Source of the DNA: Marsupella aquatica
Lineage: Eukaryota > Plantae > Marchantiophyta
Assembly: GCA_973895155.1 (NCBI GenBank)
Contig: OZ316891.1
Span: 12,956,771 to 13,020,770, forward strand
DNA length: 64,000 nucleotides
Reading direction: 5' to 3'
Below the pieces are notes generated by a model. The model had not been told where the DNA came from, made no database searches, and was given only the letters and a program-made list of their open reading frames with translations. Within the stretch, counting starts at the first letter, position 1. Each line of letters opens with the position of its first letter. This document shows positions 1-12,535 of this stretch, one piece after another. Made by a program: the position numbers and the translations under genes.

Positions 1-725
1 CAACTCAAGTTGTTTACAGCTTCTAGTACGATAGAAGTGGATGATAGTTGGTCAAGTATAGAACTCACCCCTTAAATTCTACGGTTGCTGATTCAAGATT
101 TAGTTGGCAAAGCTTTGGAGGGGAGCTACAATGGTAAATTTAACGGTGTTGAGATCCTACAACTTCTTTCGGAGAGATTGTCCTTCAGTGAGTATTTTTT
201 AGTGAGAAATTTGTACTGATCAATTCGGATGTCAGTGCAAGCTTCAATCCTCAATGCTATTGAAGTAAAATCCTAAATCTCTTGCAACTTGTCCCATCTT
301 GATCTATTTGATCATTCATCTGTTTCCCTTTCAATTTTCCGCAAGGGAGTATGTAAGGAAATCCTGGCCCCATTTCTCCTCATTCCAACTCTCTTTCTCT
401 GTCCCTCCTTCGTGGCCACTTGCCTTGAGTCAGCTTGCATTGAGAGCATTGAGAATCACGTGGTCTCCCACGAAGCTGTCGTGTCTGTTCTAGCTTTGAG
501 CTTGATTTTGGTTTGTATTCATCTCTGGCCTGGAACTCGCACAAACAAAAAGGCTGGAACCTTACTAGCTCTCGATCATCTCCCCTAGCTAAATTTGATT
601 TTGTCCAAGTCTCCATTTAGAGATATCTATTGATTGGTATCTCTCTTCTATTGGCTTGCATGTTGTAGCTACTTATATCAAATCAAATTTCCAGATTGCT
701 CAATTTCCTAGTACGATCTAAAGTA

Positions 726-863
726 GTGGCGATTAGTCGGCTCTTTTTGACCTGTGTGTTATTTGTCTTGATCTTCTCGGCTATACTTTCAACAGATCCT
801 AGGTGCTCCTCGGCTCAAGTTTGGGGACCGGATGGCCACCACATCATTTGTAGCATTGCCAAG
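726..863 (+). pseudogene. Orphan first exon of an S1/P1-type (bifunctional) endonuclease
   Basis: A hydrophobic signal-peptide-like stretch is followed by WGPDGHHIICSIAK (822-863), matching the conserved mature N-terminus W-G-x-x-G-H-x-x-x-C-x-I-A of plant S1/P1 nucleases. It ends at a donor AAG|GTATGT. There is no in-frame ATG (GTG at 726) and no downstream exons were found. Confidence 0.7.
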
Positions 864-1191
864 GTATGTTTTTTAGTCTGCATTGTGTGTCATGGTGGGG
901 TCACCACTGTGAGAGCTTCGGGTCTGTGCTCTCACAGTGGCGACCAGACCAAGCCACTCAGTGAGTTTTTTAGTCTGTGCTCTCACAATGATGACCCTGC
1001 GACAAGAAGTTACCGGACTGCCAAGTGAAACCATGTTACAAAAAGTTAAGTTCCAAGCACTCATGGCACTTAACTGTTTTGTTAAGTACTCAAAAAAGGT
1101 CATCACTGACTATTTCTCGTTACAGTTTTTAACTATGACATTTAACTATGAGTGCAACTTGCGCCGACGGGAACCTTGCACCTAGTTTTCT

Positions 1192-1925
1192 TTATGGACC
1201 CCACTAGAGGTCCCTTCCAAAATTTGAGACTCCACAGCGCGCCACATCATCGAGATGTAGTGCAAACAGGTATGGATTGGTTTACAAAATAAAATTGCTT
1301 CAACATTTGTGTCTGTGGCATGATTTTAGTAAAATTGAGGACGTCATGCCGTAAATTGAGATGTAAAATTGTTTTAAAAATAACCGTTTTATTTACCCTA
1401 GGTAACAGACTGTTCAATTAGCAGGAGGCCCGCCTTCCGTTTTTTTACCCTAGTAACCGCTGCCCACCCGCATTCTGAATTGTGTTTCAATTGAATAATA
1501 ACTAAATCTCTCTCAACAAGTTGATCTGATGACAAAGTAATCGTGACAATTTTCTCGACCTTCTGCTGCCACGAAGGAAGAAGTGGACATGATTCTATGT
1601 TGGATCACTCAGCACTCCTTTCCATGGCGTCATCATTGCAGTTTCTAACTCGGTGATGCCTCTTGCTATTGTTAGATTATCCAACGCATGAGGCACGAGC
1701 GAATGAAAGAGAAGCAAGCATAGCAGGGTTCAATAAGGGCCTCGTCTACGTGCAGATGGTGTTGAAAAGCCTAGGCATGAAAGAAGGACATAGTTATAAG
1801 AAGTGTCAAGAGATGATCAAGGGAGTCAATGTAGACGTTAATGGGAAGGTGGACTTTCAGGAGTTCAAGGAGTTGATGTTGTCTAAAGCTTTCCGTTAAT
1901 AGGGGGTCCACGAACGAATTTTAAT
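1192..1925 (+). mobile_element. Non-autonomous asymmetric-ended repeat element, copy 1 (carries a CML fragment)
   Basis: 1192-~1508 aligns by eye with the reverse complement of 35170-35476. The motif GGGGTCCACGAACGAATTTTAAT at 1903-1925 matches the reverse complement of 34019-34041 at 21/23 positions. The right boundary may extend further. Confidence 0.6.
1750..1899 (+). pseudogene. C-terminal fragment of a calmodulin-like (CML) EF-hand protein
   Basis: VQMVLKSLGMKEGHSYKKCQEMIKGVNVDVNGKVDFQEFKELM resembles the last helix and EF-hand 4 of plant CMLs (L-x-S-L-G-L-K-x-G...C-x-x-M-I-x-x-V-D-x-D-G-D-G-x-V-x-F-x-E-F). The Ca-binding loop is degenerate and EF-hands 1-3 are absent. Confidence 0.75.
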
Positions 1926-2702
1926 TAACAACATTAGTTAAAAGATACATTAGGTGGGACCCACCCTAAATCTGTTAGAAATGGTCAAGAAGAAAATCCT
2001 TCATGGGAGGGAGGAGCCTCCAGCTTAGTTTTTCCTAGATTTATAGCAAAAAGGCTGAGTGTAAAACGTTCAAGCTAGGTAAAGCCTTCCCGAAACAATG
2101 ACCAAAACTGAGCTACTTTCTATATATGGGATTTGTCCAAATACCACTCTAAGGGTATTGATTTCTCCTTGCCTAAAACGAAAAGCACCAAGGACAGAAT
2201 ACTTTGTTTGCTGTGTAAATGCAATCTCCTCTAACTAACTAAGTGGATATTTAATATTCACTGATTATTTAATGATTTTTCAAAAAAATCTCTAAAAGTC
2301 GACTGGATGATAAAGTTTACAAGCTTGGATAGGATCCACATCGTTGCGCGCGTAATGTTTCTAAACTTGCATGGATCTATGACATGGAGGATAATAGGGA
2401 CTATTTTGTAAGAAAACTTTCATAGAAAGACTATCTGAGTTCAAAGCTTTGGATGGACATCCATTCGATGTGCTGCGGCGAACCAATTTGCGCGAGTACG
2501 GACATCATTGACCAGTTCGTTCGAAAATTGTAACTCGGTAAGTCCGTAAGTCCGTAAGTAAAGTTACAGTCCCAAGAAGGGGTTGGCTAAGGAGCCTACT
2601 TAATTTAGAGGCACAGGTTAATTTAGAAGGGGCCGACCGGCCGAGGACGGGGACATGGCGGGCGGGGCGGAGATGGCGGGGTGGAGCTAGCAGAGGCGCA
2701 GG

Positions 2703-2710
2703 GCGGGAAA
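2703..2710 (-). promoter_or_regulatory. Canonical E2F site (TTTCCCGC) in the GC-rich promoter of the TSO1-like gene
   Basis: GCGGGAAA on + equals TTTCCCGC on -. It sits among GGGCGG-type boxes (~2657-2710) just upstream of the GC-rich, leader-like region from ~2770. Motif match only. Confidence 0.45.
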
Positions 2711-3200
2711 ATTCGCGTCGTGCCACGCCCGTGACATGTAAGTGGGATAAGGTCATTATAGGGAGTCATCGGGCAGAGAGAGCCGCAGAGAGGGAACGCA
2801 AAGCTGAATGGGTCAGTGAGTGGGTCTTCTTCGTCTTCGTCTTAGGGCAGCCGCAACACGCGGCAGCAGTGGGCCTCTCTGTCGGATGCGCACTGGGCAG
2901 CAAGAGGGCGGCCCAGCCCCTGCACCTTGCCTCCACCTTCCCGCGCGCTATCGGCCCTCCCTCGCTCCCACACTTTCCTCGTCCTCCAAAATGGTGCCGC
3001 TGCTGACACCCCCCGCGGCCTGAAGAATCGTCGCAGTGCTCGTCCTCCTGGGCGTAGGTTGCAGCCGTCGGATGGAAGATCGAGGCGCGTGTGGGGCGAG
3101 TGGGAGAATGCGAGGCGTTGGATGTGAACTCCATCGGTCCATCGGAAGAGGAAAGGACTTTTTGGGCCCGCGCTCCTTTCCCGCTCCTCGCTCCCGCGCG

Positions 3201-3238
3201 GTCCAGGCCAGTCCAGTCCAGTCCAGGCCAGCCAGGCC
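3201..3238. repeat. (CCAGT/CCAGG)n microsatellite in the putative 5' leader
   Basis: gtccaggccagtccagtccagtccaggccagccaggcc. Confidence 0.7.
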
Positions 3239-4878
3239 CCTCGCTCTCTGCGTCGCTCTGTCTGATGCATGGAGTTACAGTACTGGACTGGTTTGTAAAG
3301 TCCTCGTTCTCTGCATACGAGAGATGTCGGAGCGCCTTCGCGCCCTTCCTGTCTGCACTCTCTTTCAACTCGCTCCCTCGTTCCTTCCTTCCGTCCCTCC
3401 CGCCGATTCTACCACCTCACGCAGATTATGGTCGTGCTGCATTGATTCATTCGGTTGCAATGTTGATGCGTTCTAGGGCCCTGTGATGTTTGCTGCGGAG
3501 GTCATCGGGTTGTGCAAAGGCATTGTCGCCATACTTGCTGCTGTTTATGTATCCAGCAGCTGCGGTTGTTTTTATCGTTTGCGCAGAGTGGTGCTGCATT
3601 TGGGAGAATCTCCTGCACCTCTCAATTCAAATTGGGAATCATTTCACCAAGCGCATCTCCCGATGCGCGTAGAGCCAATGTCGCTGGAGCGCTGGTTCGG
3701 CTCTGGAGTGCCATATCGTCGACTTCTTACCATCTCGTAGCACCGATGGAACTTCTTAGATGGAGTATCGCTCTCGCTTCGTTTCTTCTGTAATCTCTCG
3801 TCTTGGCATGACACTTCGGGAGTCTCTCGCGAAAGTGAAGTTGTAGGGTACTTTCCGGATATGTCAGCATTTTCCGGAGGCGTGAGTTGCTGGCAGAGTA
3901 TCGTCTGTGCCACATGAATGCGTCGGAACTTGAATCAGGGAAGTCTTGCCTACGGGCAGATTGGTTTATCCGAGTAGGACTTCAGCTGCACAACACCGCC
4001 GGAGCAGTCGAAGGGCTCGTATCTAGTGACGCAGTTATTCCATGGAAATTTAAATATGGAGTCGCCAGAAAGAAGCGAAAGTATCCCTGCTGCTGTCGAT
4101 CAGGTAAGGTCACTGTTATGCTCCTGCTGCTTGTCTCGGAGCACCTATCGTGTAAAAGCTTAGGCAACGAAGTTTTAGTCGAGTTTCACACTTCAAATTT
4201 GTTTACTTCCAAGCAGCAGAGCAGATTCCTGGTACTCTTCGAAATAAATGCATAAAGTTGAGCCTGTCTAGAGAAAATTCCATAACCACTGTGATCCCGG
4301 TCATCTTCTACACTCCTCAACGGGGTGCATCGCAGTCCTTTTCTCCCTTTCTTATCCAACCCCGCTACTAGACAGTAGCGATTCTCAACTGTTTGAGAGT
4401 TAGCAAGGTCGATCTCAACTCGGAGTTGCTCTTGTACGTTCCGAAGTACAGTTCTATGCCACTGTCGTAGCACTGAATTTCTCTCGGCATGTCTCCATAC
4501 CGCATCGAGTAGAAAGTATCTTAGAGCCCATGGTAGAGACTGTCATCCGTTATTGTCCAAGTTGAAACTCACTCAATGGGTTTGATTCGCTGAGGGAGAA
4601 TTGACCTCGTCTTGATATTTGAAGGTGACTACCATAGTCGTCCTGACATGTGTTTGCCCGTGCGGTTTATAGCGAAGGCACTTACTTTAACTCAGTCTGT
4701 TGGATACGAGGTCAGTTCAATTCGAAAGTCGGCATTTCTGGCGTTGCTCTAAGTATGGTCTTTCGTCTGAAGGTTCTTAACCTCAGTGTCCAATGAATTC
4801 GAACCACATATCGACTACTTTCTGAATTAGCTCTCACAGTAAGGGTTAGCCACTTCACATGTTCTGCATTGTAGCGAT

Positions 4879-7800
4879 ATGGATAAGCACCTCGCTCCCA
4901 GGTCGGGTTTAACAGAGTGCCCGCTGACTTCGTTCAGTATGCCACATTGTGGCAGCAGTGAGCATGGAATTTCTTGTCTGGAGGTTACGATCTCCTTTAG
5001 CGAAAAGGGACCCGGCGGTCTTGCGTTAAGTTGTATGTCCCGAGTCTGCGATTCTTGACGAGAGCTAGAAGAGTTACGTCTTTACCCTGTGCAGAAATCG
5101 GATGCTCTTGCAATTCCTTCTACAATAGTCGTTTCTCCGCGTCTTATGAGGGACTAGAATTCTTAGAAGTTGATGGAAATAGCCACGACCACGTCCTTGA
5201 CAAGTGATCAAACAGACTAGGTGAAGATAAATTTCGGAAGTTAAACCGTTTCCACCTCTTGCTGCAGGGATCTCCTTTCTTCAAGTACTTGTGTGGTTTG
5301 TCACCAATCAAACCTTCAAGATCGGTACATGTGGTACAAACATACGCCGAATTGAGTCTGCCACCTCCGCCTGCGGTTTTCACGTCTCCTGCAAATCCTC
5401 ACAAGTGCGGTGGGAGGTCTAAAAGGTGAGTCAGCACTTGCGAGTAGCTGTCGAGTGTGCAGAATTCACGTGCCGCTCAGTTTCTCTAGGACTCCAGACT
5501 TGCATCATGTGCAATTTACCGTAGGCTTTTCCCCTTGCCAGTGAGACTTATCCTCCAATTATATGACGTAGTTCAATCGTGAAGCATGGCCCTCACTGGA
5601 CTGCTCATGTCGTACTTGCTTGCATGCTCGCCTGGGTACTGACAAATCACACCGTGTTCACCTTGAATCGCAGGGGCTTAGTGGTGAGCAGGACGGCGAG
5701 CACCCATGTGACAGTTGAAGCGGTGGGAATTTTGGGGAGCACGTGGAGTGGTGATAAAGAAAATCAGCCGAACGAGTCCTACATCCCAAAGAGCTATGTC
5801 GCAGCCCATGTTGATGCCGGCCACCCTTCATCTCATGCTTCTTTAGAGTACAGTAGGCAGCATTTCTTGTGCCCTAAAGTGGAACATGAACAATTGGCTG
5901 CTGCCAGCGGTGATACGCCTAGTAAGGTCGAGTATGGAGATGTCTCTGACTATTTGGCAGATCCACCGGAGGGAGGGCTGTATGCTGCGACATCGTCTTC
6001 CCAACTAGTGGCAAAGTCCGTTGTTGTTCGGTCGTCCCAATCTCCTGAAAACTATGGGTATCAAGAAGGTGACCAGCACAATGTCGCTGCCGTTCACGAG
6101 GAAATTGTACGAGCAGAGCTTAAGGATCGTGCTGATTGTTGTGATGATGCAAACAAAGTTCTGCAACGAAACTTGAATCCCATCCAGAAATGTCAGCAGA
6201 TGAGAGATCTTGTCAAGACAGACAGAAGAGAGAGCTTAGCTTCCCGAGCTAGTGGATCAAGCAGTGATCACGAAGGGAGTGGTATCAGTGGACCTGAGAA
6301 GTCATCACGTTTTGATCAGGAAACCGCAGCGATGGCCTTTCTCCTTGTCGGTGACACTGAAGGCGAAGGAGGTGATGGAAATGATTGGGCTGCCAGTCAG
6401 TCAGCTCTGTCTGAGTTTTCTAGGCAGCAAACTCCTGATTTCTCGGCTATCGAACGACTGTCAGACCTTGCACAGCTGAATACACGAGAGGATTTTGAGC
6501 TTGCCGCTTCAAAGGCCTTGGAGAACCAGAGGAAAGCTGATGCAGAATCCAGAGACAGGGATTCGGAAGACAGGAAAGATATTCTCGTAAGTAGATCCTG
6601 TCATTTCGTAGAGTGTGGATTTTTCTCAATGATCGGGTACCGCTTTTGTAAGAGTGCAAAATGTCCCATGTGACTGTTGTCCTGATATAATCCCACTCTC
6701 ATTATGATAGCTCAGGTTGAAATGCAGATGGTGGTAACTGTTTCGCGTCAAGCGATCGTTTCAGTCGTAGCTCCATCTAACTTTTTCAGTATCGTGAAGC
6801 TCTCAGAGGACTAGGACAGGACAGTTCACGATCTCAATTGCCTCGTTCTGCGTTTTGTAGCTGCCATAGTAGCGAGTTAATTGCATTCTTCTTTTGCCTG
6901 TCACTGCCGGATTTGCTAGTCAGCCCCTCAATTAACAGCTCATCTTCTCAATTTTGTTCAGGTTGGTGGTACCAGTGGTCAGCGAGGAGTACGTCGGCGA
7001 TGCCTGGACTTTGAAACTTCAGTTCGTAGGAAGAGTATGGGTGGTGGCAGTTCGCGCAAGAATTTTGGGCTAAGATCTAAGGCTCTTTCCGGCTCTTCGG
7101 GGATGGCGTCAGCCTCAAGTATACCTCCATCAATATTATGTGAGAGAGCAGTAGCAACATCGGATGCAACTAATAGCGCAGCGGCAATTTCTGGGACCTT
7201 AGACTTACATTCAGATGTATCCTTAAGACCCGAATGCACATCCTCTGGCAGTAGAGGTCTCTCACCTGGATTACTGCGGATTTCTCGGTGTAATGTGCAG
7301 AGGAATGCTGATCTTACGTCAGATCAATGTTCTATTGATCCTACCCGGTTAGGAAGAGACTGTAACAACTCTTCGTCCTCTATGGGAATTCCCTCTGGCA
7401 TAGGCTTGCATCTAAACAGCTTAACGGGTAGCATCTCTTTCTCACCAACAAACAGGGATTTCAAGCAGGCTATGGGTATAACCTCTACTACCAAGGCAGC
7501 GGTTGCTTCTTTGCTTGGGATGCCGTGTCTGCCTGACACCATCAACGACAACCGATCTGACGAATTTGGGAACGGTTCGTTGGGTGTGGGAGCGGCATCC
7601 AACAGCTTTTCAATGGGCCCAGCGACATCGAATTTTGGGACCGGAGTTGTGATATCGGTGATGGAAAGAAGCAGGATGACTTTGCGGGAGTCTCTTCCCG
7701 TGACGGATGCGTCCCGAGGCGCGCCGAAGTCCAACACGTTGCAGTCTCTGACTGTTGGCGGGAGACAGGCCCTCGACGGAAGTCGGTCGTCGAGGGCCAA

Positions 7801-10576
7801 TGGATTGGAAAAGAAGTTTGCCTCTGGTGGTGGGAAGAAGCGAGTCCTACAGCAGGACGTGTCGCATCAAACGAATGGGGACCTCGCTGACGAGTACGAA
7901 AGTCCACAGAGCTCCAAAAAGCGGAGGTATGCAATTTTTCCATAGGAATGATGCAATTTTTTTCGCGACGATACTCAATCAAGTAGTTGGAAGATAACAG
8001 AGTTGTTTGATAGGATCTCAGGCAGTGTTGAAAATCTTGTTTCACCTTCTCTTCTAGTCCACCCTTCAGACTGCGTTACTGGAGTATGCCTGAACGCGTA
8101 TGCACAGTTACAACAGAGCTGGATCTCAGGCTAGTAATAAGTAATAGTTTTTCTTGTTTCTAATCCTGCGCAGAAAGTCACCTACAGCATCTGGAGAAAA
8201 GTCTGGAGAAGGATGCAAGCGGTGTAACTGCAAAAAATCCAAATGTCTGAAGCTGTAAGTGTCATCCCTTTTGCTCAAGTGTCTAGGATACCGTAACACT
8301 GTCGACAATCCGTTCCTTGGGTGGCTAACTACTCTTGGTTTTCCTACTCTTCCTTGGCAGAGGAATCTAATTATTCCCCAGATTAATCCTGGTATTTCAT
8401 GACTGCTTCAGGTACTGCGAGTGCTTTGCTGCTGGAACGTACTGCGTGGGATCTTGTACTTGTCATGATTGCTTCAACAAACCTGAGCATGAGGAGACAG
8501 TTCTAAGTACCCGCCAACAAATTGAGTCACGGAATCCTCTTGCATTCGCTCCGAAGATAGTTCATTCAGGAGATAGTTCTCCGAAACGGGGGGTAATCTG
8601 ACCGGTTTCCTGGCCTCGCCGCATAGTGACGCTTTGCATATTCAGAACTAGGAATGATACAGTTTTCTGACGCAAAGAATATCGTTGAATAGAAACTTTA
8701 TTCCGTTTAGAATTCTTCTTGTCTTCGACGTAAGGCGGTTCGGGCATTTTGCAAGTTTCTAATACGAGTTGACAATTACTGGAAGTAGCCAGAGTTTATC
8801 TGGTAAGTATTCCGGACGCTGATCATCCTTGTCTTGGTTTCGTGAGCAGGAGGAAGTAATTGAGACACCAGCCTCTGCTCGTCACAAGCGTGGCTGTAAT
8901 TGCAAGAAGTCTTTGTGCCTGAAGAAGTACTGTGAGTGCTACCAGGTAAGGTTCTCACCAAATATCCAAACTTAAGCATTGAAGTAGATACAGCTGGTGA
9001 GGCTTGAATGCCTATTCCAACTTGGGCCAGAGTGAAATGAATCTCAAAGTATCCATTGAGGGGCAAGGCTTTGAGTCTGGTTGTACAGAACTAGTGTTAT
9101 TGACTGGCACGAGCAAATTTCTCGTATCTTCATTCTGGTGTGTAGGCTGGTGTTGGCTGTTCAGAAGGTTGTCGATGTGAAGGGTGCAAAAACATGTACG
9201 GCCGGAAAGAAGGTACTTGGATTTTGAATCGTTCCCACTACTGCAATTTGCGGCCATGCTGGCTGTTTGTATTTGATTGTTGATGCCCATAGCCTCAAGA
9301 AACTCAACACAGCCAACGCCCTCCCTGCAGCTATAGAAGATTCTGATGAGAAGGAAACGGCATCAGATGCCCTAGAGAGCGGTTCGATGGAGGACGAATT
9401 GGAGTTGACTAGACCAGGATTCCATGGCAGTGTGGGGAACATGGACCAGCACCCAAACAATGGCAAAGATCTATCTCCGATCACGCCGTCCTTTCAGTAC
9501 ACGGGGTAAGTACATGTCTGGACTCTTGTGACGTCGGTCACTGTCCGCTTCTCTCCGTACCAACTTTAAATTATCCAAGAAAGAGTGTTTCACTGGGAGG
9601 GCGTGAGCCGTTAGGCGTCATCTGATAGAAGATGTCTCCTGTATAGTATGCTTTCAGTTTTTGCCCTCATTGATTAATTCTCACGGTGTGCAGGCAAGGG
9701 AGAACCATAGGGAGAGCGAGGTCTGCTGGAAAGAAGTGCTCATCGTCGCCTCTGTCCCAGTTGCAATCTGTAGCAAAGCCCCCACGATCTCCTGTCTGCG
9801 CTACCCGGTCTTCGATGAAATTTCAGTCCAATAATAATGCACAGCATACCCCAGATTTGCAGCATTTGCGAGGTTTAAATTCACCTATTTCTACACCCAA
9901 GCTCTCTAGAGCGAACCAGCTTTCACCGCGATGGGATGGCCTCGGTGACATTTGCACCCTCACTCCGTTACCTCATCCTCCTCTAAGGCCGACTCCTGCA
10001 TCTATATCAACATTAGATAGAACTGGTGCATCTCCTTCCTTCAGTTGTCAAAGCATCGAACCTATTAGCTCGTATCAACCTGACAAGCTTGATTCCATTT
10101 CGAAATGTTCACCACCTGCTTTTCAGCAAGCTCCCGATCATTCTCCTCTTTCTTCCTTCGGATCACGGAACCCTGAAAGTGCTATGAATTACTGTGGACC
10201 TTGCACAGCCCCTCTCTCATCTTCATATCTAGGGAGCGACAATGGGAAAGCATGCGATGCTCGGTCTGCAAATATTTCTTTCATGTGTGACGATGATGAA
10301 ACGCCGGACTTTCTCAAGTATACAGACAGCATCAATTCCCCAGTTGTAACGAAGAGTAGTTCTCCCCAACAGAAGAGGGTGTCGCCACCTCATTTCGAGG
10401 GTATGAGGGATAGGAATAGGGATGGGAGGGCGGTTTTCGATTCACCAGCAAGATCGTCACCAGGCCTGAGAAGTGGCCGAAAGTTCATACTTCAAGCTCT
10501 TCCGTCGCTCCCTCCTGTAATGCCCCTGTCGAACCCCTCCCAATGTCAGGCTGGCAACTGCCCTAAACAGGTCTAA
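4879..10576 (+). CDS. TSO1: Tesmin/TSO1-like CXC (CPP/CRC) domain transcription factor, LIN54 homologue, ~1207 aa
   Basis: Exons 4879-4983 (least certain), 5268-5425, 5674-6586, 6962-7926, 8174-8254, 8412-8592, 8850-8945, 9146-9212, 9331-9505 and 9694-10576; all introns GT-AG and phase-consistent (3624 nt). Motifs: [15 protein letters not shown]...[31 protein letters not shown]1 [22 protein letters not shown], hinge [16 protein letters not shown]2 [37 protein letters not shown]. The symbol denotes the family, not proven orthology. Confidence 0.92.
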
Positions 10577-11527
10577 GTAGCTTTTGAAAATTCAAGGCAG
10601 GATGGAAATCCAACACGGTCAAGTCTTGGGTATAGGAAGTAATTTTTTTCAAAGCAGTGAGGTTTCTGAATTAATATCTTGGAACTCAATTGGAGTATTT
10701 CCTGAGGCTGTTCCAGCAATTGTTCCCTCCAATCTATGCGCGGGTGGTTCCTAATCATGAGAAAATGCAACCACTGGGACAGCGGCCATCCTCTCAGTAT
10801 GACTTTGATGAGACTCCGGTGAGGCGTAGTTCGGCAAGTGGTGTGCGTTCTTACGACACTCTTACGTGTAGTTTCTGAGAGGGATTCTGTACATGTAATA
10901 GTGTACAGGTCCATCCCTTCCATCAGAACGAACTCGCGGTCTGTCGATCAGGTGCCAGGAAGGGCATGAATGATCAACTGTGAAGCTTTATCGGATTTTC
11001 TAAGTTTCTGGCGAAGGTGAGGTCATCTAATAAGCTACAAGGGTTGAATGAAAGGCATCATGAAGATCTTGGCAATGGCAGAAATCCGTATCGTAAAAGA
11101 TTTGAGTGATCTGTCTGTGGGTTTAACGTGGTTGCCATTCGAGTGTTACCCGGCGCAAGCTGACGTTGAATAAAGCACTGATACCTCCTGTGGGGGAGTA
11201 TCATGGGATGAAGGAGTGCATCTCACTTCGAATGATAAAGCAGGGACCGTTATATATCCTGTACACTTTTATGTCACTAAATATATTAGCTTGATTGAGC
11301 TGAACTTCTCTTTGTCCTGTAGAGATTTAGGAGGTGGCATGGAGGACTCCATCCATTTATTTAACATTTCATGATTTCATTACGAAAAGCATTGTTCGAG
11401 CCTCTTGGTTGTTTTCATTACGTGGTCTATATTGAAACGGTTATTTGTATTCTGTTTTGGGCAAGTGACCTCCCAATTATTTGTGATTAGCACAGTTGCG
11501 TCCGTTGCATTTTTTTTTCTCCTTTGT

Positions 11528-11587
11528 CTACTTTGTCTCGTTGGGCTCTACTTTGTCTCGTTGGGCTCTACTTTGTCTCGTTGGGCT
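11528..11587. repeat. Perfect tandem repeat, 3 x 20 bp (CTACTTTGTCTCGTTGGGCT)
   Basis: Three identical units read directly. Confidence 0.9.
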
Positions 11588-12276
11588 TCCTTGAGGACTT
11601 CGTTGAACAACCAGGATTTGACGCGTAGGAATGCCTGTAGGTGCAAGATTTCTTTTGGAACTCGTGCGCTGGTTCTCATTCATACCTCGCGCAACTCCGT
11701 CGTCCACGGTAGTGCTTCAGGGGAAGGTTTCTAGGGTAGCAGGGCAGAAGGCAGCTCGTCTGTACAGTAGTCCCGTTCATTGAAGCGGATGGTCGTCCGT
11801 TGTCGTGCCACTGACCGGAATTTATTATTCTTACTCGTCGGGATGAAACTCCGTCGTGCAGTCCATAACCCGATCAGCATCACTAACTTCAGTCCGGTCT
11901 GGTGGGGGACCAAGCGAACGATCCATCCAGCTCGATTGCCGTCGTGCAGCAATGCGTGCATTGGCTAGCTACCTTGAAGGTAGAGTCGCGCCAGACCGAT
12001 GAAAAGATTTGGTGAAAGTATTTGGTGCAAATTTGGGGAACATTTCGCGGAGATTTGCTTCGGTTCAAGAAAAGTGATGATAGATAAAAAGGTACTCCAA
12101 ACCGTGTGTCATCCTCGCAATGAGAAGGCGATCAACTTCAAGATTACATGCTTGTCTCTACTCGGACAGTTCTAAACGCATGGAGTTTCGATTTCGCTAT
12201 CCAAGGCGTGGTGGTGGTCTTGATCTCATACGTGCATTTCCCACTCGCAGAGTTCATGTAAATAAATACAATTCTA

Positions 12277-12466
12277 TATGTCAAATTTGCCCCAACATGC
12301 AGAAAGAGTCCACTGTGGATGCGTGAATGCACTAAAATCCAGTGTATTTAGGAGTCTGTCTGCATATTGGGGCAAATTTGACAAATAACCTGACAAGTTG
12401 AGATAAAGCTTCTGTCTCCATATTGGGGCAAATTTGACAAATAAACTGACAAGTTGAGATAAAGCT
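12277..12466. repeat. Inverted ~27-bp repeat plus a 2 x 56-bp tandem duplication
   Basis: TGTCAAATTTGCCCCAACATGCAGA (~12279-12303) is inverted relative to TCTGCATATTGGGGCAAATTTGACA (12359-12383). The unit CATATTGGGGCAAATTTGACAAATAA.CTGACAAGTTGAGATAAAGCT occurs at 12363 and 12419. Confidence 0.8.
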
Positions 12467-12535
12467 GACTGAACTGCCGTGATTACATGAACAACTTTTG
12501 AACATTGGCAGGACCCATTAGTTGGCCTTCTGCTT

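Noticed and set aside
1-616. Short ORFs and possible LINE-like remnant
   Set aside because: No recognisable RT or endonuclease motif in the frames I read; many stops.
2505-4473. Many overlapping 60-200 aa ORFs
   Set aside because: GC-rich promoter, leader and intron sequence of the TSO1-like gene with microsatellite-derived peptides; no domain similarity.
11731-11961. Minus-strand ORF ending ...RDYCTDELPSALLP, reminiscent of the XTH C-terminal DYCTD motif
   Set aside because: Only a five-residue match and no other XTH motifs.
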